From: Paraspadella gotoi
Lineage: Eukaryota > Animalia > Chaetognatha
DNA length: 64,000 nucleotides
NCBI GenBank assembly: GCA_051294375.1
Contig: CM119269.1
Coordinates: forward strand, 14,581,918 to 14,645,917
Reading direction: 5' to 3'
In this document: in pieces, positions 40,078 to 53,468 of the stretch
Layout: each line of letters begins with the position of its first letter
Position numbering within the stretch: position 1 is the stretch's first letter
Notes under the pieces: model-generated
Seen by the model: the letters and a program-made list of their open reading frames with translations, nothing else
What the model was told of the DNA's origin: nothing
Database searches by the model: none
Made by a program: the position numbers and the translations under genes

Positions 40078-40323
40078 TGTGGCGGTATATTCACACCGCC
40101 TCACATCGTTCAGCCAATACCATTGGCTCAGAGGGGGAACACACCATCCCAGGCGTTGTTCCATCCACAGTCCTAACGACTTCCCTCTCCGTTGGCAAAG
40201 CGAGACCGTCCTAGGGTAACCGCGCCAGTGACTGGAGGCGTCACTGAGGGTCGGAAGCCCCCAAAGTCAACAGTGAGATGCCCCATCCCAATAGGCATCA
40301 CAGGCAACCCGGCTCTTGCCATA
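40078..40323 (-). mobile_element. Solo LTR (246 bp) of a second family containing a 5S rRNA ICR-like segment
   Basis: GC-rich island in AT-rich DNA; minus-strand termini TATGGC...GCCACA; TSD ATAT at 40074-40077 and 40324-40327; 40205-40147 reads TCTCG-N23-GTTAGGACTGTGGATGGAACAACGCCTGGGA versus 5S rRNA TCTCG-N23-GTTAGTACT-TGGATGGGAGACCGCCTGGGA. Confidence 0.75.
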
Positions 40324-40471
40324 ATATCCATAATTGTATTCTATTTTCTATATTACTAAGCAAAAAGTATGACCTAAATTTTATACCAAATCGTATTATT
40401 CAGTCGTCTTGATATATATTAGTGCTACTTTCAGCCATCGTTCTGTTAAGCCTAATCATTAATGGTAAAAT

Positions 40472-41875
40472 TCTCCCGCCGTTTTCAGGACCGAGTATCG
40501 GTTCTGACCAAATCACTGAATTAAATTCTATAAGATTTTTCATACAGTATCCTAATGGCCATACTAATAAGACTATCGAGGTGATTTTTAATATGAAATT
40601 GGTACAACCACTGAACTAAGATGCAGGGCCCTTTGGGGGTCACCCCTTGAGGGCACAAAATGACCCAAAAAATTTTTTCTGTAAAGATAATTTTTTTTCC
40701 GTGAGATCAATTGCATTTTTATCTTAACTTTGTAGAAAAACCATTTTAAAATTAATTTTATTGAATTTAAATTGATTTTTCTTACTCTAAATTTGCTTAG
40801 TCCTTCATTTTATATCTAATTTTTGCTCTCCACTCAAAAGCTGACATGAACTTTTTATGTTTATGATCTTGTAAATAGAGTGAAATTTTTTTTAATCATA
40901 ATAAATGTATTTTTCTGAACAAGTAAACGTTTCTGCAACTGATCAGGATAAAAAAATTAACAAAATTTAAACGAGTTTGAGCAAACAATGTCGGATCTGC
41001 CCACAATCATTAGCGGTAATTAATTTAATTAAATAATACAAACTAAAATAATTTAATTAATAAATTAATTAATTTGATCCGAAATGTTTGTTTTTAGGTC
41101 TTTTTGTCACTGACCACGACAAAAGCAACGATGACGATGATGACGACAATAATGCCGATTGATTTGATTGATTGAATAATTGATTAAATAATTAATTAAT
41201 TTATAAATAAGTTGATGGATTGAATAATTAATTAATCAATTATGTGATTAATTGATTAATTATTTGATTAATTACTAAATCTTGCATTTATATTTAATAT
41301 AAAAATAAAAAAAAGCATAATTAATTAGTGAAACAGGTTTTTTTGTTTTTTCTATTTAAACTCATTTCCATTCAGACGATTCCATCGAAACTTGATTTCC
41401 AGCTTAATCACACACTTTCCTACCCACATACAAAATTTCAAGTCAATCACTTATGAATAATTGGCGTTCAAATAGTGAAATATATTTTTTTGTTTTTTCC
41501 ATTCAAACTCATTTCCACTCGCCCGATTCCATCGAAATTTCATATCTAGCTCAATCACACACTTACCTACCCACACATAAAATTTTATTCCAATCCATCC
41601 ATCCAATCACGAGTAATTGGAGTTTTTTGCTAAGGTGGGACGGACAGACGGACGGACAGACATTTTTTTCCCATATATCATAATTCGATGTTCTGACATA
41701 ATATAAGTGAATGCCCGATATTATTGAGGGGGCGGACCGATGGATCGACAAAGTGAATTATAAAATCGGGATCTGCCAATAAGCAGATACGACTAAAATT
41801 AATTCAACAAAATTTTACCGAAGTCGGTCTACTAGTTTGATCGGAACCGATTCTCGGTTCGAAAAAACGGGAGAG
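40472..41875. repeat. ~40-bp inverted repeat pair enclosing HINE copy 1 (older MITE)
   Basis: TCTCCCGCCGTTTTCAGGACCGAGTATCGGTTCTGACCAAA (~40472-40512) is the imperfect reverse complement of TTTGATCGGAACCGATTCTCGGTTCGAAAAAACGGGAGA (~41836-41874). Confidence 0.6.
40969..41798 (-). mobile_element. DINE-1/HINE-like non-autonomous Helentron element, copy 1
   Basis: Sub-terminal IR GTCGGATCTGC / GCAGATACGAC, short stem-loop ATCTGC..GCAGAT, (GACG/GACA)n microsatellite at ~41640-41662, ends in A runs; both ends shared with 48175-48814. Confidence 0.7.
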
Positions 41876-44456
41876 CATAATATAATAAGTAATATGAAGC
41901 TTTCTGACAAGTTCTTAAATTCTTAATTTTCATTAATTCTTATGAAGATTGACGGATAATATTCTTTTCATTAGTTGGCGAATAAATCCAACACCCCTCG
42001 TTTTATCAATTAAGCCCATCGAAACTGCGGGCTTCGATTCAGATTTCTTTGGTTTTTTCCTTTTTTTTTTTCAGCTTTTCGTTTTGTTTAACTTTACCCT
42101 GAACTTAACATGTAAAAAACTCTCTCAGCGTTGCTAAGGTGGGCCAGAGTTTAACACTTTTATAGCATAGTTCTCCTTTAATTGAAATTCTTTAAGTAAT
42201 TCTTTAAATAAATTTTAAAATTTCTACCGTTTTTAAATTAATTAATTATAATATTTAACATTAAATAAGAACTGAATATTTTATAGTCGATGAGTCGCTT
42301 TAAAATAATCAATAAAATTAGTCCAACCCAAGATATAGAAGAACTTTGAAGTTTTCAACTTGTTCCACCTTAGGCCTCATTCCTCGTTTTTATTCCCCGC
42401 TAATAAGTAATATTTCGTTCAGATCCAGCGTCGAATAGATTTGCGAGGCGTTAACTTCCTCCACAAGCCTTGTTTTATCGATTCATCCAACTCTTTTTAT
42501 TTCTCTCTTCGCCCATTTTTTCTTCCACGCCGAGCTTTTTGCCTTCTTTTTTTTTCTTTTTCTTTCACGCGCTTAAAGCATCAGCCCGCCAATTTCAACC
42601 ACTCGCTTTCTTCACTCACCAGGGATTTACACGATGTGAAAGTTTTTTTTGGTTTTTTTTATTGGAGTTTTTGTTATTCTTTTGTCATCAAGGACGAACG
42701 AGTTATTTTCTCGGTACGGCGGCTCAAGTTATTAACATCTCTTCGGAAACAATATTTTTTTAATATTTAAACATTTAGTTAAAAGGGGAGAAAAGCCCCT
42801 TGATTTTAACTGGTCTTTCTTTATTTTTATCGCGAAGTCAGATCGTTTAGATTGACTTATTTAAGTTTTGACTCCATCATTCTGAACCGCCCCCATCCCC
42901 CTGAATCATCTCAAATACTTTTTTTACGCTGATATGTCTAATTTATTCTGTGGGTTTTTAACCTTAGACCAAACGAATAAAATTATGTTAAAAGTTTCTA
43001 CTATTTTTATTTTCCCTGCCATCTCTACCATCTTTCTCTCACTTTACCATCTAATTCACGAGTATGAATTTCTGAAGAGCGGGGGAGATGGAGAGAATAT
43101 GAATGGGCCCCAACGTTCGCTTTCGCTCTTACTCTCGCAGAAATACAAACTAGAAAAAAAAATGTCCTTAAAACGACCGGAGGCCTAAAGAAAACAGCAA
43201 AAAAAGCAGAAAAGCGAGAGAAGCGTGTACTTGGTCTTTTCTGAGAATATATAACCGGCGCTTGCGTGCCGGTGCACCGGGGACTTCGTCACCCGGTTTC
43301 TTTCCCCTTCGCTATTTTTAGAGCAGAAGTCATCGATTTGGATAATCGTAATGGAAACCGCGGAGACAGTGACGTCGTTACTATGTATTCAAGAAAATGT
43401 CGCGCTGCCGGAAAAGTCGTTACGGGGTATTTTTAAGATTTGCGAGCCTTAGTGTTCATTCACTGTTCGCTTTACCATCCCAATTCGAATTACACGGATT
43501 TCAAATGGGCGTGAAATGAAAAGATCAATAACTGTCGCCAAATCAATAGTTATGGCGCTTTCAGATTTTGCACCGTGATAAAAATATTGTTTACATTTTC
43601 ATTTTTTAAACTCCCAATAGTCCAGCTTGCTTACTTTCTTATGTGCTTATCAATGCTATGGTCGGCTTTCAAAATAGAAAAATTTAGAAAAAATATAGAA
43701 TGTCAAAAACTTTGACAACCAGAATGACATATTTTTATTTCATAGTTTTCTCATTAAAACTTATAAAAAAGAACAATTTCGTCATTTCAAAATACGAACA
43801 GACAAAATCTTGTTGCCTCCGAGATATTAAACTAATAAAATTGAAAGAAATTACAAAATTTGCCCAAAATTTCTTTAAAATAAGTTTAAAGTTTCAAATA
43901 GGAGAGGAAAAAAGTTGCGAAAAAGCCTCATTTCACTTCCATTTAAAATCTGTGTAATGATAACTGAGAAGATAAGCCATAACTTATGACTTTAGGATAA
44001 GGTAGAGCATGTGTTTGATGACAAGTTAAAAGTTGTATTTGCATGCTTAGTGAATTTTGTTATTTTTTTGATAAAGCCTTCAGGCTAATATTTTATTTAA
44101 AAAATATAAAAATCTTAAAAATCTAAAGACTCCATACAATAAAATCGTTGCTGAATAGTGAACTGAAGAAATAAAATAATATAAAGTTAATTAAAAAATA
44201 AAATTATCTTCAATTTCCCAATTAATTAGTTGATTTATTAACAATTAAATTATAATTAATATAACGCTTCATTAAGATTAATTAATATGATAAAAAAATA
44301 GATTATCATTATCGCTTTGAGATAATAGATCAAGCCGAAATTAATTGTTAAATGAGACCAAATTTTCGGGATAGTCTTTCGCTTCGAAAAACTGACTTTT
44401 ATAACATTTAAAAACTGACCAGCGATGGTCCCTTTTTTCGCATAGGCGTGGACGGG

Positions 44457-47400
44457 ATGGATCGCGTGTCGCGTAGGCGCTTGGCGGCGTCGGCCCCCGG
44501 GGAGGCGCGCCCCGCCAAGGTGACGGACGAAAGGAGAACGCCCAAAGGGAGGAGGCGGTCTCGGCGATTGCGGCTTCTTTTCCTCGTCTTCGGTTTGGGG
44601 GTCATCAGTCTTCTAGGTAACCGACCCCTGCCTGCAAGAAATAAACCACACTGGACATTTTTTTTTTATTGCGATGAATCAAGGTCGCCTATCTTTGCTC
44701 TCATATCAACGCCATAGAAGTTCCATCGGTCAAGAAAAAGGGCACGAATCAGCTCGACCTTTGTTGTCCAACTTGCCTTAGTTACCCACTACCCAGCATT
44801 GCAAACTGTGGGGCCCTTTCTTATATAGCTTCAACTAAAAAATGCAGAGAAAAAAAATTATAAAGTAGTTCGTAAAACAGGCCTAATATAGATTATTGAA
44901 TTTGGTGTTTTAGTTTTATGTTATGTTAGGATTCAGCCTCGATTGAGAGGGTTTGCTCTCCTTAAAATCAAATTTCGGAATAATAACGCTTTTGCTTTTC
45001 CCGACAATCATCCAACTACTCTTTTTGCTTTCCGTCAGGTTCCCGGGGCATTACTGAATTTCTCAACGCATATTTTCCCTCGCTGTTTGGTACCGTTGAC
45101 GATGTGGCTGACGCGGCTGCGGCGGCACGCGCGCGCGAGGCATTCTGTCGTCAAAACCCCGACGTTTGCCAAGAGATGGAACGGATGGCTGAGAGCGCTA
45201 CCGCAGGAGGCAAAGACTTTGGCGATACTTGGGGGGAGTGGGAGACTTTTAAGGTGAACGACGCAATAACTTAATTCTTGGCATAACATTAGCTCCACTC
45301 TAACGTTATTCATTATTTGTATTCATTTAATCGTAACGGACTTGTAGGGGGAGAGGCCGACGCGGGACAAAATAAATGAAGCTATGCATCGAAAATCACG
45401 ACGGTTGTTGGCGGATGCAAGGACTCCCAACTCTACCGCTACTCAAAAGTCCATCAACTCTACTACCGCACCTCCGGGACCCGATGGTAAGGTGTCCGTT
45501 TTGTTACGTATTGCCTATTGCCCATCCTTATGATCATCAGAATGTTCAACTTCTGGGACGGGGCACGGGGGGGAAGGCTGTTAAACTTAAAGGAAGTGAT
45601 TCAAAGCGAAGGTTACTAAATGATTTGAAACATTTGAAATTTTTTCAGATGATTTTCCCGAAGATCTGTTCACTCTCGAACAGAAACGGAAAGGAGCTGT
45701 GATTCTGCACGTCATCGGTTGCTTGTACATGTTCGTCGCCCTCGCTATTGTCTGTGATGAATTCTTTGTACCCTCCTTGGAAATTATTGGTAAGTTTTTA
45801 TATTTTATTACGTATTGTTATTGTCTAATCTGAATTAATGGAGATGTTATTTTCAAGGAAATATTATTTTAAATTCAGCGGAGAAATTGTCTCTCTCGGA
45901 TGACGTGGCCGGTGCGACCTTCATGGCAGCCGGGGGATCGGCGCCGGAACTCTTCACCTCTCTCTTCGGCGTCTTCATCTCTAGAAATTCCGTCGGTATC
46001 GGCACAATCGTCGGAAGCGCCGTCTTTAACATCCTCTTCGTTATCGGTGCCTGCGCCATCTTCGCAAAGGTTTTTTTTTTCCTTTTTTATTATTTGACAC
46101 CTTTTTAAAGTTTTATTTTTCGGGGCGAAAAAGCGTCTCATGGAACACAGGAAGTAACTTTTTCGGCAGTCATTTTGGTATCGACCAAAAGCTAAGATAA
46201 AGCTGATTCTAAGAATCTAAAAATATATTAAGTTTGAAATTACTTTTTATCGGTTTTCTCATAATATGTCCAGAGTAGTGGAATCAAGCCGTTTCTTTTC
46301 AGCAAATAACTGCGAATGCTGTAGTTAATTCTGCCAAGTAGAGCACAATCAAAGGTTTTAAATGTAAACTATGTAAAAAACATTAGAAAAAAGTAAACTA
46401 ACCAAGGCAGGGCCCCTGAAGTTGTATTTTTTTTTTACTGAACGATTAATATTGAGCTTAACATGCCGATTTGTTACTTCATGTAAAAGCAGATTTGTCG
46501 TGATGGATGGCTACTTCAATGGACAGGTTTGTAATTAAATTTAGATTTTAAAGCAGAAACTGATTCCAATGCAATGTACTTGCAGTAATTGTGAGAGTGC
46601 ACTGGAGGAAATAATTTCAAAATGTGCGACAAAAGATCATACAGGAAATTTTTTTTCCCATTAACCATTAATTTCGTTTTATTTTCTGAAGAATCCGATT
46701 TTTTGACATTTAATCAGAATTACCAACTATGCGATAATATACCTACTTTCATTTTTTGTTAAGTGCATAAAATTACAATGCTCAATGTCAATATATTATT
46801 TGACAGGGCGTCTTGGAACTCACATGGTGGCCCTTATTTCGCGATTGTTGCTTCTACTCAATTTCACTGGTCCTGCTTATAATTTTTTTCAGGTGATAAT
46901 AATTTGGTATTAAAATGAATGCATTCTTGCTTTAATCTGCATGTCCGTCTGTTCTACTTACGTTTAAATGCGAATAACTCGTACTATACATTTTCATGTA
47001 GTCATTTTCATAATTATTTGGCCGACAGGTGTGGTTCTACCCTCGTTGCGCATATGTTTCATACTTGAGCAGTAAGGTGATCACCGTCAAGATCACCATC
47101 AAGAAAGTCAATGCAAATAACTAGTGTAATCCATAGCAAAGAGGATGTGTTATTTATACATTTTAAGTAACCAGATCACCTAGGGATGCGATCACATGAA
47201 AAGCGGCGCTCTTTCTTATATTTGAATATTCTCTTCTTGCCATTCATAATTTAGATCGGTTTTTTCTTACTATAGGGATGGCGAAATATTTTGGTACGAA
47301 GCTATTATTCTATTAGCGATATACTTTACTTACGTCAGGTTCGTGTAATAAATTTTTTATCGTTGTCATAATATTTATGCAAATTAAATCGTTTCCACAG

Positions 47401-50400
47401 TTCGTGAAAAGCCGATATTTTTTTTCAGTTTTATGAAATTCAACGCGACAATCGAGAAATTTGTTAAGGGCCTGTTACCAGGATCCCGATCGAACAAAGT
47501 CGTCACTCTCGCTTCAGGGTAAATATGCCGAATACGCAGAATAATCAATTTATCATCGTCACATTACGAATTCGAAAATTTCCTTTAACCAGTGCGGTTG
47601 CAGAAGAGGCGACGCCACCTCCGAATAACGGACTCCCCACCGGCGACTCTTTATACCACGCTCCCCTTGCCAAGGTGAAATTGGTGTTGTAATCATTTAT
47701 GGTTTTTACCCAAAGATGTGTTAAGGGTTTTTTTTTTCTTTTCAGACGGAGAGCGAGTTAGCTATGACTGAAAAAACTGATGAAAAAAGGTCGGATCCAG
47801 TGAACACAAGCCGGGTAAACACGAGTGGTTCTGTCCCACCTTCAAGCTCAGGCAGGATAGGAACAGGCATCAATCATCCTATGGCCAAAATGAGACGTTT
47901 ATCGGCGGCTAAACTTTCCGCTTTTCACGGCACAAAGTTCAAGCAAGGGATGCTGGAGCTTCTCGTCCACACGTTGGACCCTATGGTGGAAGGTACTACC
48001 TTTAAATTTTAATCTTCTCTGTCTGAGCTAGCGTGCAGAAAATTTTTAAAAGAAAATAAAAATATATTAGTTTTTACCTTTTTTTTTACTTTGCAAGGAG
48101 TATTAAGAAACAGTAAGAAATATTATCTTTGTTGCAATGTTTCTGCACCATTTATCAGGATTAGAATCGATACAAAAACAAGTTTGAGCAAACAATGCCG
48201 GATCTGCCCACGATTATTAAGCAGTGAACATCTTATCTATTTTTTAATTTAATATCATTTAAGGAAAAAAATCATGAATTTCTAAAACGAAATAAAATCG
48301 AGATTTATTATGAGATAAAAGGTGACGGTGAGATACACGCAAGAGTCCAGATCAAGTTTACGGAAACTTGTGAAAGCTAGGTCTATTTATATCTAGAGAA
48401 TAGGAAAGAAGGCAAGAGTCGTTTTGACAGTTCCATTGGTTCTCCATTAATTCATTATCAATATTTATTTTTATATTAAATATTAAAAATTGCCTCCATC
48501 TCGAAAGGAGAAAAAAAGCAAAATTTAGTAGCGTATTATGATTTTTCTTTTTTCAATTTAACCTCATTTTCACTCAAATGATTCCAACCAGACAAAAACA
48601 AATTTTGTCAATCGCTTTTTCCACTCATGAGTAATTTGCTTTCAAAGGTAACGGGAGATGGACGGACGAATATAAATTTTTTTTCATAATTTATCATAAA
48701 TCGATGTTTTTACATGATTTAAGTGACATACCGACAAGGTTTTTGGGTGGGACCGACGAACCAACAAAGTGGATTATCGAGACGGAATTTGCTGTAGGCA
48801 GATCCGGCTAAAAATCTTCTGTAAGCGGGGCTTGATAAAAAAAAAAATATATTAAAACAATAATGAATTAATCTATTTTTGTTGTATAATGAAACAAACA
48901 TTCACTATAATTGATCATATATATAGTGAATGTTTGTTTCATTATACATTATATTGGTCGTACCAATTTCATAGATTCCCTTCCCAGCCGGAACTATGTT
49001 CATATTTATCGCGCGCTCCAATCTAATTCACTTATTTTATGTACTCTTTCATTGCAAAAATCAAAGCTCAAGATTGTTTTTTATGGTTTCTGTCTTTTGG
49101 TTTTGCCTATAACAAATAAGGCTAGACTTTTTGCGCGTAAAATTCTTTTTTTTAATTTGATTTTTAAGAACCGATCGTTGCCTCTTTTCCATTTTCAGAC
49201 GCGGCGCTCGACCAGCAGGTGCATCACATCGAGGCGATGGCGCAGCTGCAAGTCAGACTCAACGGCGCCAAGCCGTCCTCGGCGCCGGCGAAAACCGGCA
49301 GTGGCGCATCCGCGGCCGATGGGTAAATTTAGCCGGGATGGAGGAAGGCGACTATCCGCCAATTTTGAACCTTTTAAAACCCCTGTTAATCTTTTTCAAC
49401 GAAATTTTTTTTGTTTTTGTTTAGAAGCGCGACGGGGGCGACCTCGACGGGAACGGCGACGACGCTTCCCAACGCGAGATACGGCAGCGTTTCGTTCACT
49501 ACACAGGGCATTGGCAACGGCAGCGTCTCGCACCCCGCCGCCGTCAAGGTCGACGTCCCTTTTGTCCGCGAATTAGAATAGCAAATATTAAATACAAATG
49601 TCCTGTCGCTGATAACAAATTTCAGAATAACAGCACGTGGATCAGTTTATCTTTATGCAACTTTGTTTACGCTAGGATTTTTTCGTCCTGACTCGACAGG
49701 TGGTAGCTGGCGGAAACGAAGCGCCTCCTCCGCCGCCATCGCCTCGTTCTCGATCCGAGTCTTCCATGGCGCGTCTCTCTCCTCCCAGCGTCTCACGCTC
49801 GAGGGGGCGTGGTTCGCTCGAGGGCGGATCGTCCACGCCGACCATGTCGGAACACAGGTTTGGGACTTGAGCGGGGGTTGAGGGTCATCTTGGAAATTTT
49901 TGTAAATGTAGTCGTAAACGCCTATGGAGCATATTTATTGACTAAGTGGGCGTTGCAAAGTCTTTCTATGAAGTTTCCAGTGGTTTTTCGAGACTGTGTG
50001 TAGGTGGAGGCGAGCGAAAAATATTAATGTAGTTTTCTTTCGCTGAACGGGTCGTTAAACAACATAAAAATTGGCATGGGTTCTCTTCCAACATCTCTCG
50101 CGTACGCCTACGTACATTCTCCACGGGGAGAGAAAGAAAAGGACTTTACCCTTTGCCTTTTTTTTTATCTTGTGAATTTTTAATTGTACAGTCATACACA
50201 AGTAACGATTTCTTAGCTGCCCATATCTTGTCAGAATATGCTTCTATTTACAAATAGATTCCTTGATTTAACTTGCTCTTTGCTTGCTGAATAAGCCCCG
50301 AGTAACGTCCTGACAATGTTGATCAAAGTATATGTAAAGATGTAAAGAATATAACATTTGTATTTCAGTCAAGAAACTATGCTCACCACGGTCGATGGGG

Positions 50401-53400
50401 AAGAAGGACCCGGGACGGTCATCACCCACCGATCGGTTATTGGATCTGAATGCGAACCCACATCAACGGTATTTGAGTTTTTATCCATTTACAACTTGAT
50501 GTCATTAAACTTGTTTATTTCCATTACTTGTTGTTGTGCTGGTCTTTACTACAGTAGCAGTGGAGGAAAGAATCACACATATCTCTTGGGTAAAATTGTT
50601 TAAAGCCATTTTTATATTGCGCGTTAAAATCAATTTGAAATGTTTTTAAAATTAACCTGAGGCTCTGTCGTTCGCTGCTTCTCGATTTAAGAATAAATAT
50701 GTTTTCTTGTTTAATGTTGAATATGTTAAGTGTCGCATACGGTTTTATTCAAACTTAGAAGTAGTCATTATGTAATTTCGTGTCACCGTCGTCGTTTTGT
50801 TCTTTGTGTCAATCCGCCCAGCGCCGTCTTGGCGACGCCACGCACGCCAGGCTTTCGAGTTCAGCCTCGGACGCCACGGAGCCACCCAACTCTGCCGAGG
50901 ACCGATCTTTTTCGTCTCCGGCGCCGGCCGACGAGCCGGGTATCGCCGAGGACGGGTCTGATCTCGATTCGCAGTCCCGCGCCGCACCTGCTTTTAAGGC
51001 GCGCGGACCGCCGGCCGTCTTCAATACAACACAAAACCAGCAGCAACCCGTGGCTAAGGTTGAGCCGTTGCAAAGGAGCCTTGCCGTCGTGGCCGAGACA
51101 GACGAACAAGAATCGCCTTCGCCGCCGGCCAAGGACGCCGAAAAATCTCTCTCCGTCGCCGAAAATATGGATGCAGTAAGAGTTGTTGGCTTTTTACGTT
51201 AATCACCATTTTGTTGGCTCATTCACCATGACGGGCTTTTTATTTTCTCACTCCGTTTTATGTTTGTCTCGTGAAATTATGTTCCAAAGTTTACTAATTA
51301 GTCTCATTATGCTCTTTACAATCATACTACGTACCTATTTCTCAATCTACTTGCCTAGGATGAGGAGGATGACAATGAGCCTTTGGACATGGGATGGCCC
51401 ACCACAAACAAAGAAAGGATCGTCTACGTTCTTGTCTTCCCTATCACCGCTATCCTTTGGATAACTATCCCGGACGTCAGGAAGCCGGTTTGTTTGTTTT
51501 ATCTCGGTTTGAACAGTGTTCAATGAAAATAAAATTCTGATCTTTTGAAATACAGTCCTGTGAAAAAAAGGACACCCTAAAACATAAGTTACATAACGTA
51601 AATTAATATTATTAAATTCATTTATTATAAAAGATATGTTAATGTTTGTTTATGGAAAAAAGAATTAGATACAAATTTGGTTAAAATTTAACCAACCATT
51701 TGTAAGCATTGATTTTTTTAAAAATAAGTACTCAAACAGAGCTTTAGAACAAAACAAGTTTGAGCAAACGATGTCCGATCTGGCTAAGATAATTTAGTGG
51801 TAATCAGCTAAACAGATGATAATCATTATAATTATTTGTGATCTCTGCAGATCATAACAAAACAAATCATAACTGACTTCTTAATAAATCTATGAAATAT
51901 ATCTATAAATCGATTGATCTATAAATCTATAAATCTATTGATCGCTTTGAACTGTTAACGCACCACAATTAATATTTTATAATTTAAAAAATATTTTATC
52001 AATAAATATAATAATTTAAATATTTTGTTCATTATTTTTACTTGAATAGTTTTTTTTAAATCATAATTTTTTTAACTTGTATAATTTATTCAATTTGCAT
52101 TATTTTTTTAACTTGTATAATTTTTTAAACTTACTTTATTTTTTTAGCTAAGGATTGCAATGATAATCAATGCGATAATAGTACATATGATAATAATCAC
52201 AATGATGGTCCGATGAATGTGACAGGAAAATTCGTATCTCATTCAAAATTCATAATATAGATAATAAAGAGGGAGAGAAAAATAACTAATTTTTACTAGA
52301 TCATAACGTTATAAATCATAACAGATTTCTCAATAAATCAATTTAAAAATTTATCAATAAATCTTATTTAAAACGCTGGCTATATGTATATTGTATAAGA
52401 TTTAAGAGTGTCCGTATTTTTGTGCACAGGACTATTACGTTAAATTGTTCACTTCTTAACAATTTAGAATGTAATTATTATTAGCCATATACTTATTTTA
52501 TAAATGCAGAGGTGGCGTTCATTTTTCCCCTTCTCCTTCATAATGTCAATTATATGGATCGCGGCTTTTTCCTATCTCATGGTGTGGATGACCAAAGAAA
52601 TAGGCGTTACTCTCTGGATCCCCCAAGAGGTTGGTTATTTATCCCCCTGTTTTCCTTTTTTTGAGGAAATGGACCGCATTCAGGATAATAATATTATTGA
52701 TACATGCCACTAGTACCTGTCAGTTTTAAAATTACAATAACTGTAGTCAGAACTCTCCATCGCATCCACTCGAACGATTCCACAGAATTAACGGCTCGAG
52801 GCGAAATTTCTCACCTGTTTATCATTTATCATTCTTGCTTCTCCCATCACCCCATCACCCGTGGGCCACATAGGTGATGGGCCTGTCGTTCCTGGCGGCG
52901 GGAACTTCGGTTCCGGATCTCATCACCTCCGTCATCGTCGCCCGGAAAGGACTCGGCGACATGGCGGTCTCTTCCTCCGTCGGCAGTAACATCTTCGATA
53001 TTACAATCGGGTACAGATCATTCTTCACCTCCGCGTCTTAGATGTGGAGAAGTTTGTAACGACAATGGTTCGTCATCTTTTCTTTTAAATTATTTCTCAT
53101 GATATAATCACACGTTTATCAGGCTTCCGTTGCCGTGGCTGATATACACACTCGTCAACGGTCACCAGTACACAGTGGTCAGCTGCGGCCTGTTTTGTTC
53201 TGTTATTATGTTATTCGGGATGTTGTTTGTTACCGTCACCTCCATCGCCGTTTTTAAGTGGAAAATGACAACTGGTGAGAAAAATCTAATCTAAGGCTAA
53301 GTTGCTTCTTCCAATTTTTTAATGTTTACTATTAATAATGTCATTATTGCAGGTATGGGTTTGGCGATGATTGGACTATACCTCGTTTTCCTCGTTCTTT

Positions 53401-53468
53401 CCATTTTGTTGGAGCTCAAGGTTCTAATATGCCCACAAGTTGGCGCAAGTTGCCCTAATGACATTTAA
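44457..53468 (+). CDS. SLC24A2: K+-dependent Na+/Ca2+ exchanger (NCKX, SLC24A1/2/Nckx30C-like), ~975 aa, 20 exons: 44457-44616, 45039-45253, 45348-45486, 45649-45789, 45879-46069, 46807-46892, 47276-47338, 47429-47518, 47593-47674, 47746-47992, 49199-49322, 49425-49548, 49700-49857, 50369-50468, 50822-51175, 51359-51487, 52510-52629, 52874-53010, 53123-53274, 53353-53468
   Basis: [42 protein letters not shown]; alpha-1 repeat [33 protein letters not shown]; LTWWPLFRD; alpha-2 repeat [42 protein letters not shown] with the K+-dependence Asp retained. All GT-AG; exon lengths sum to 2928 nt with TAA at 53466-53468. Family is secure; exact ortholog and loop exons are less so. Confidence 0.92.
48175..48814 (-). 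mobile_element. DINE-1/HINE-like element, copy 2 (NCKX intron 10)
   Basis: Starts AAACAAGTTTGAGCAAACAATGCCGGATCTGCCCAC and ends GCAGATCCGGCTAAAAA (perfect 11-bp sub-TIR); GACGGACG tract; homologous to copy 1. Confidence 0.7.
51553..52434. mobile_element. Tc1/mariner-type MITE in NCKX intron 16, containing a truncated third HINE-like end at ~51751-51810
   Basis: TA|CAGTCCTGTGAAAAAAAGGACACCCT pairs with AGAGTGTCCGTATTTTTGTGCACAGGACTA (52405-52434). Confidence 0.6.

Noticed and set aside
40078-40323. Hammerhead ribozyme / retrozyme in the hairpin-rich solo LTR
   Set aside because: No CUGANGA...GAAA core found by eye on either strand.
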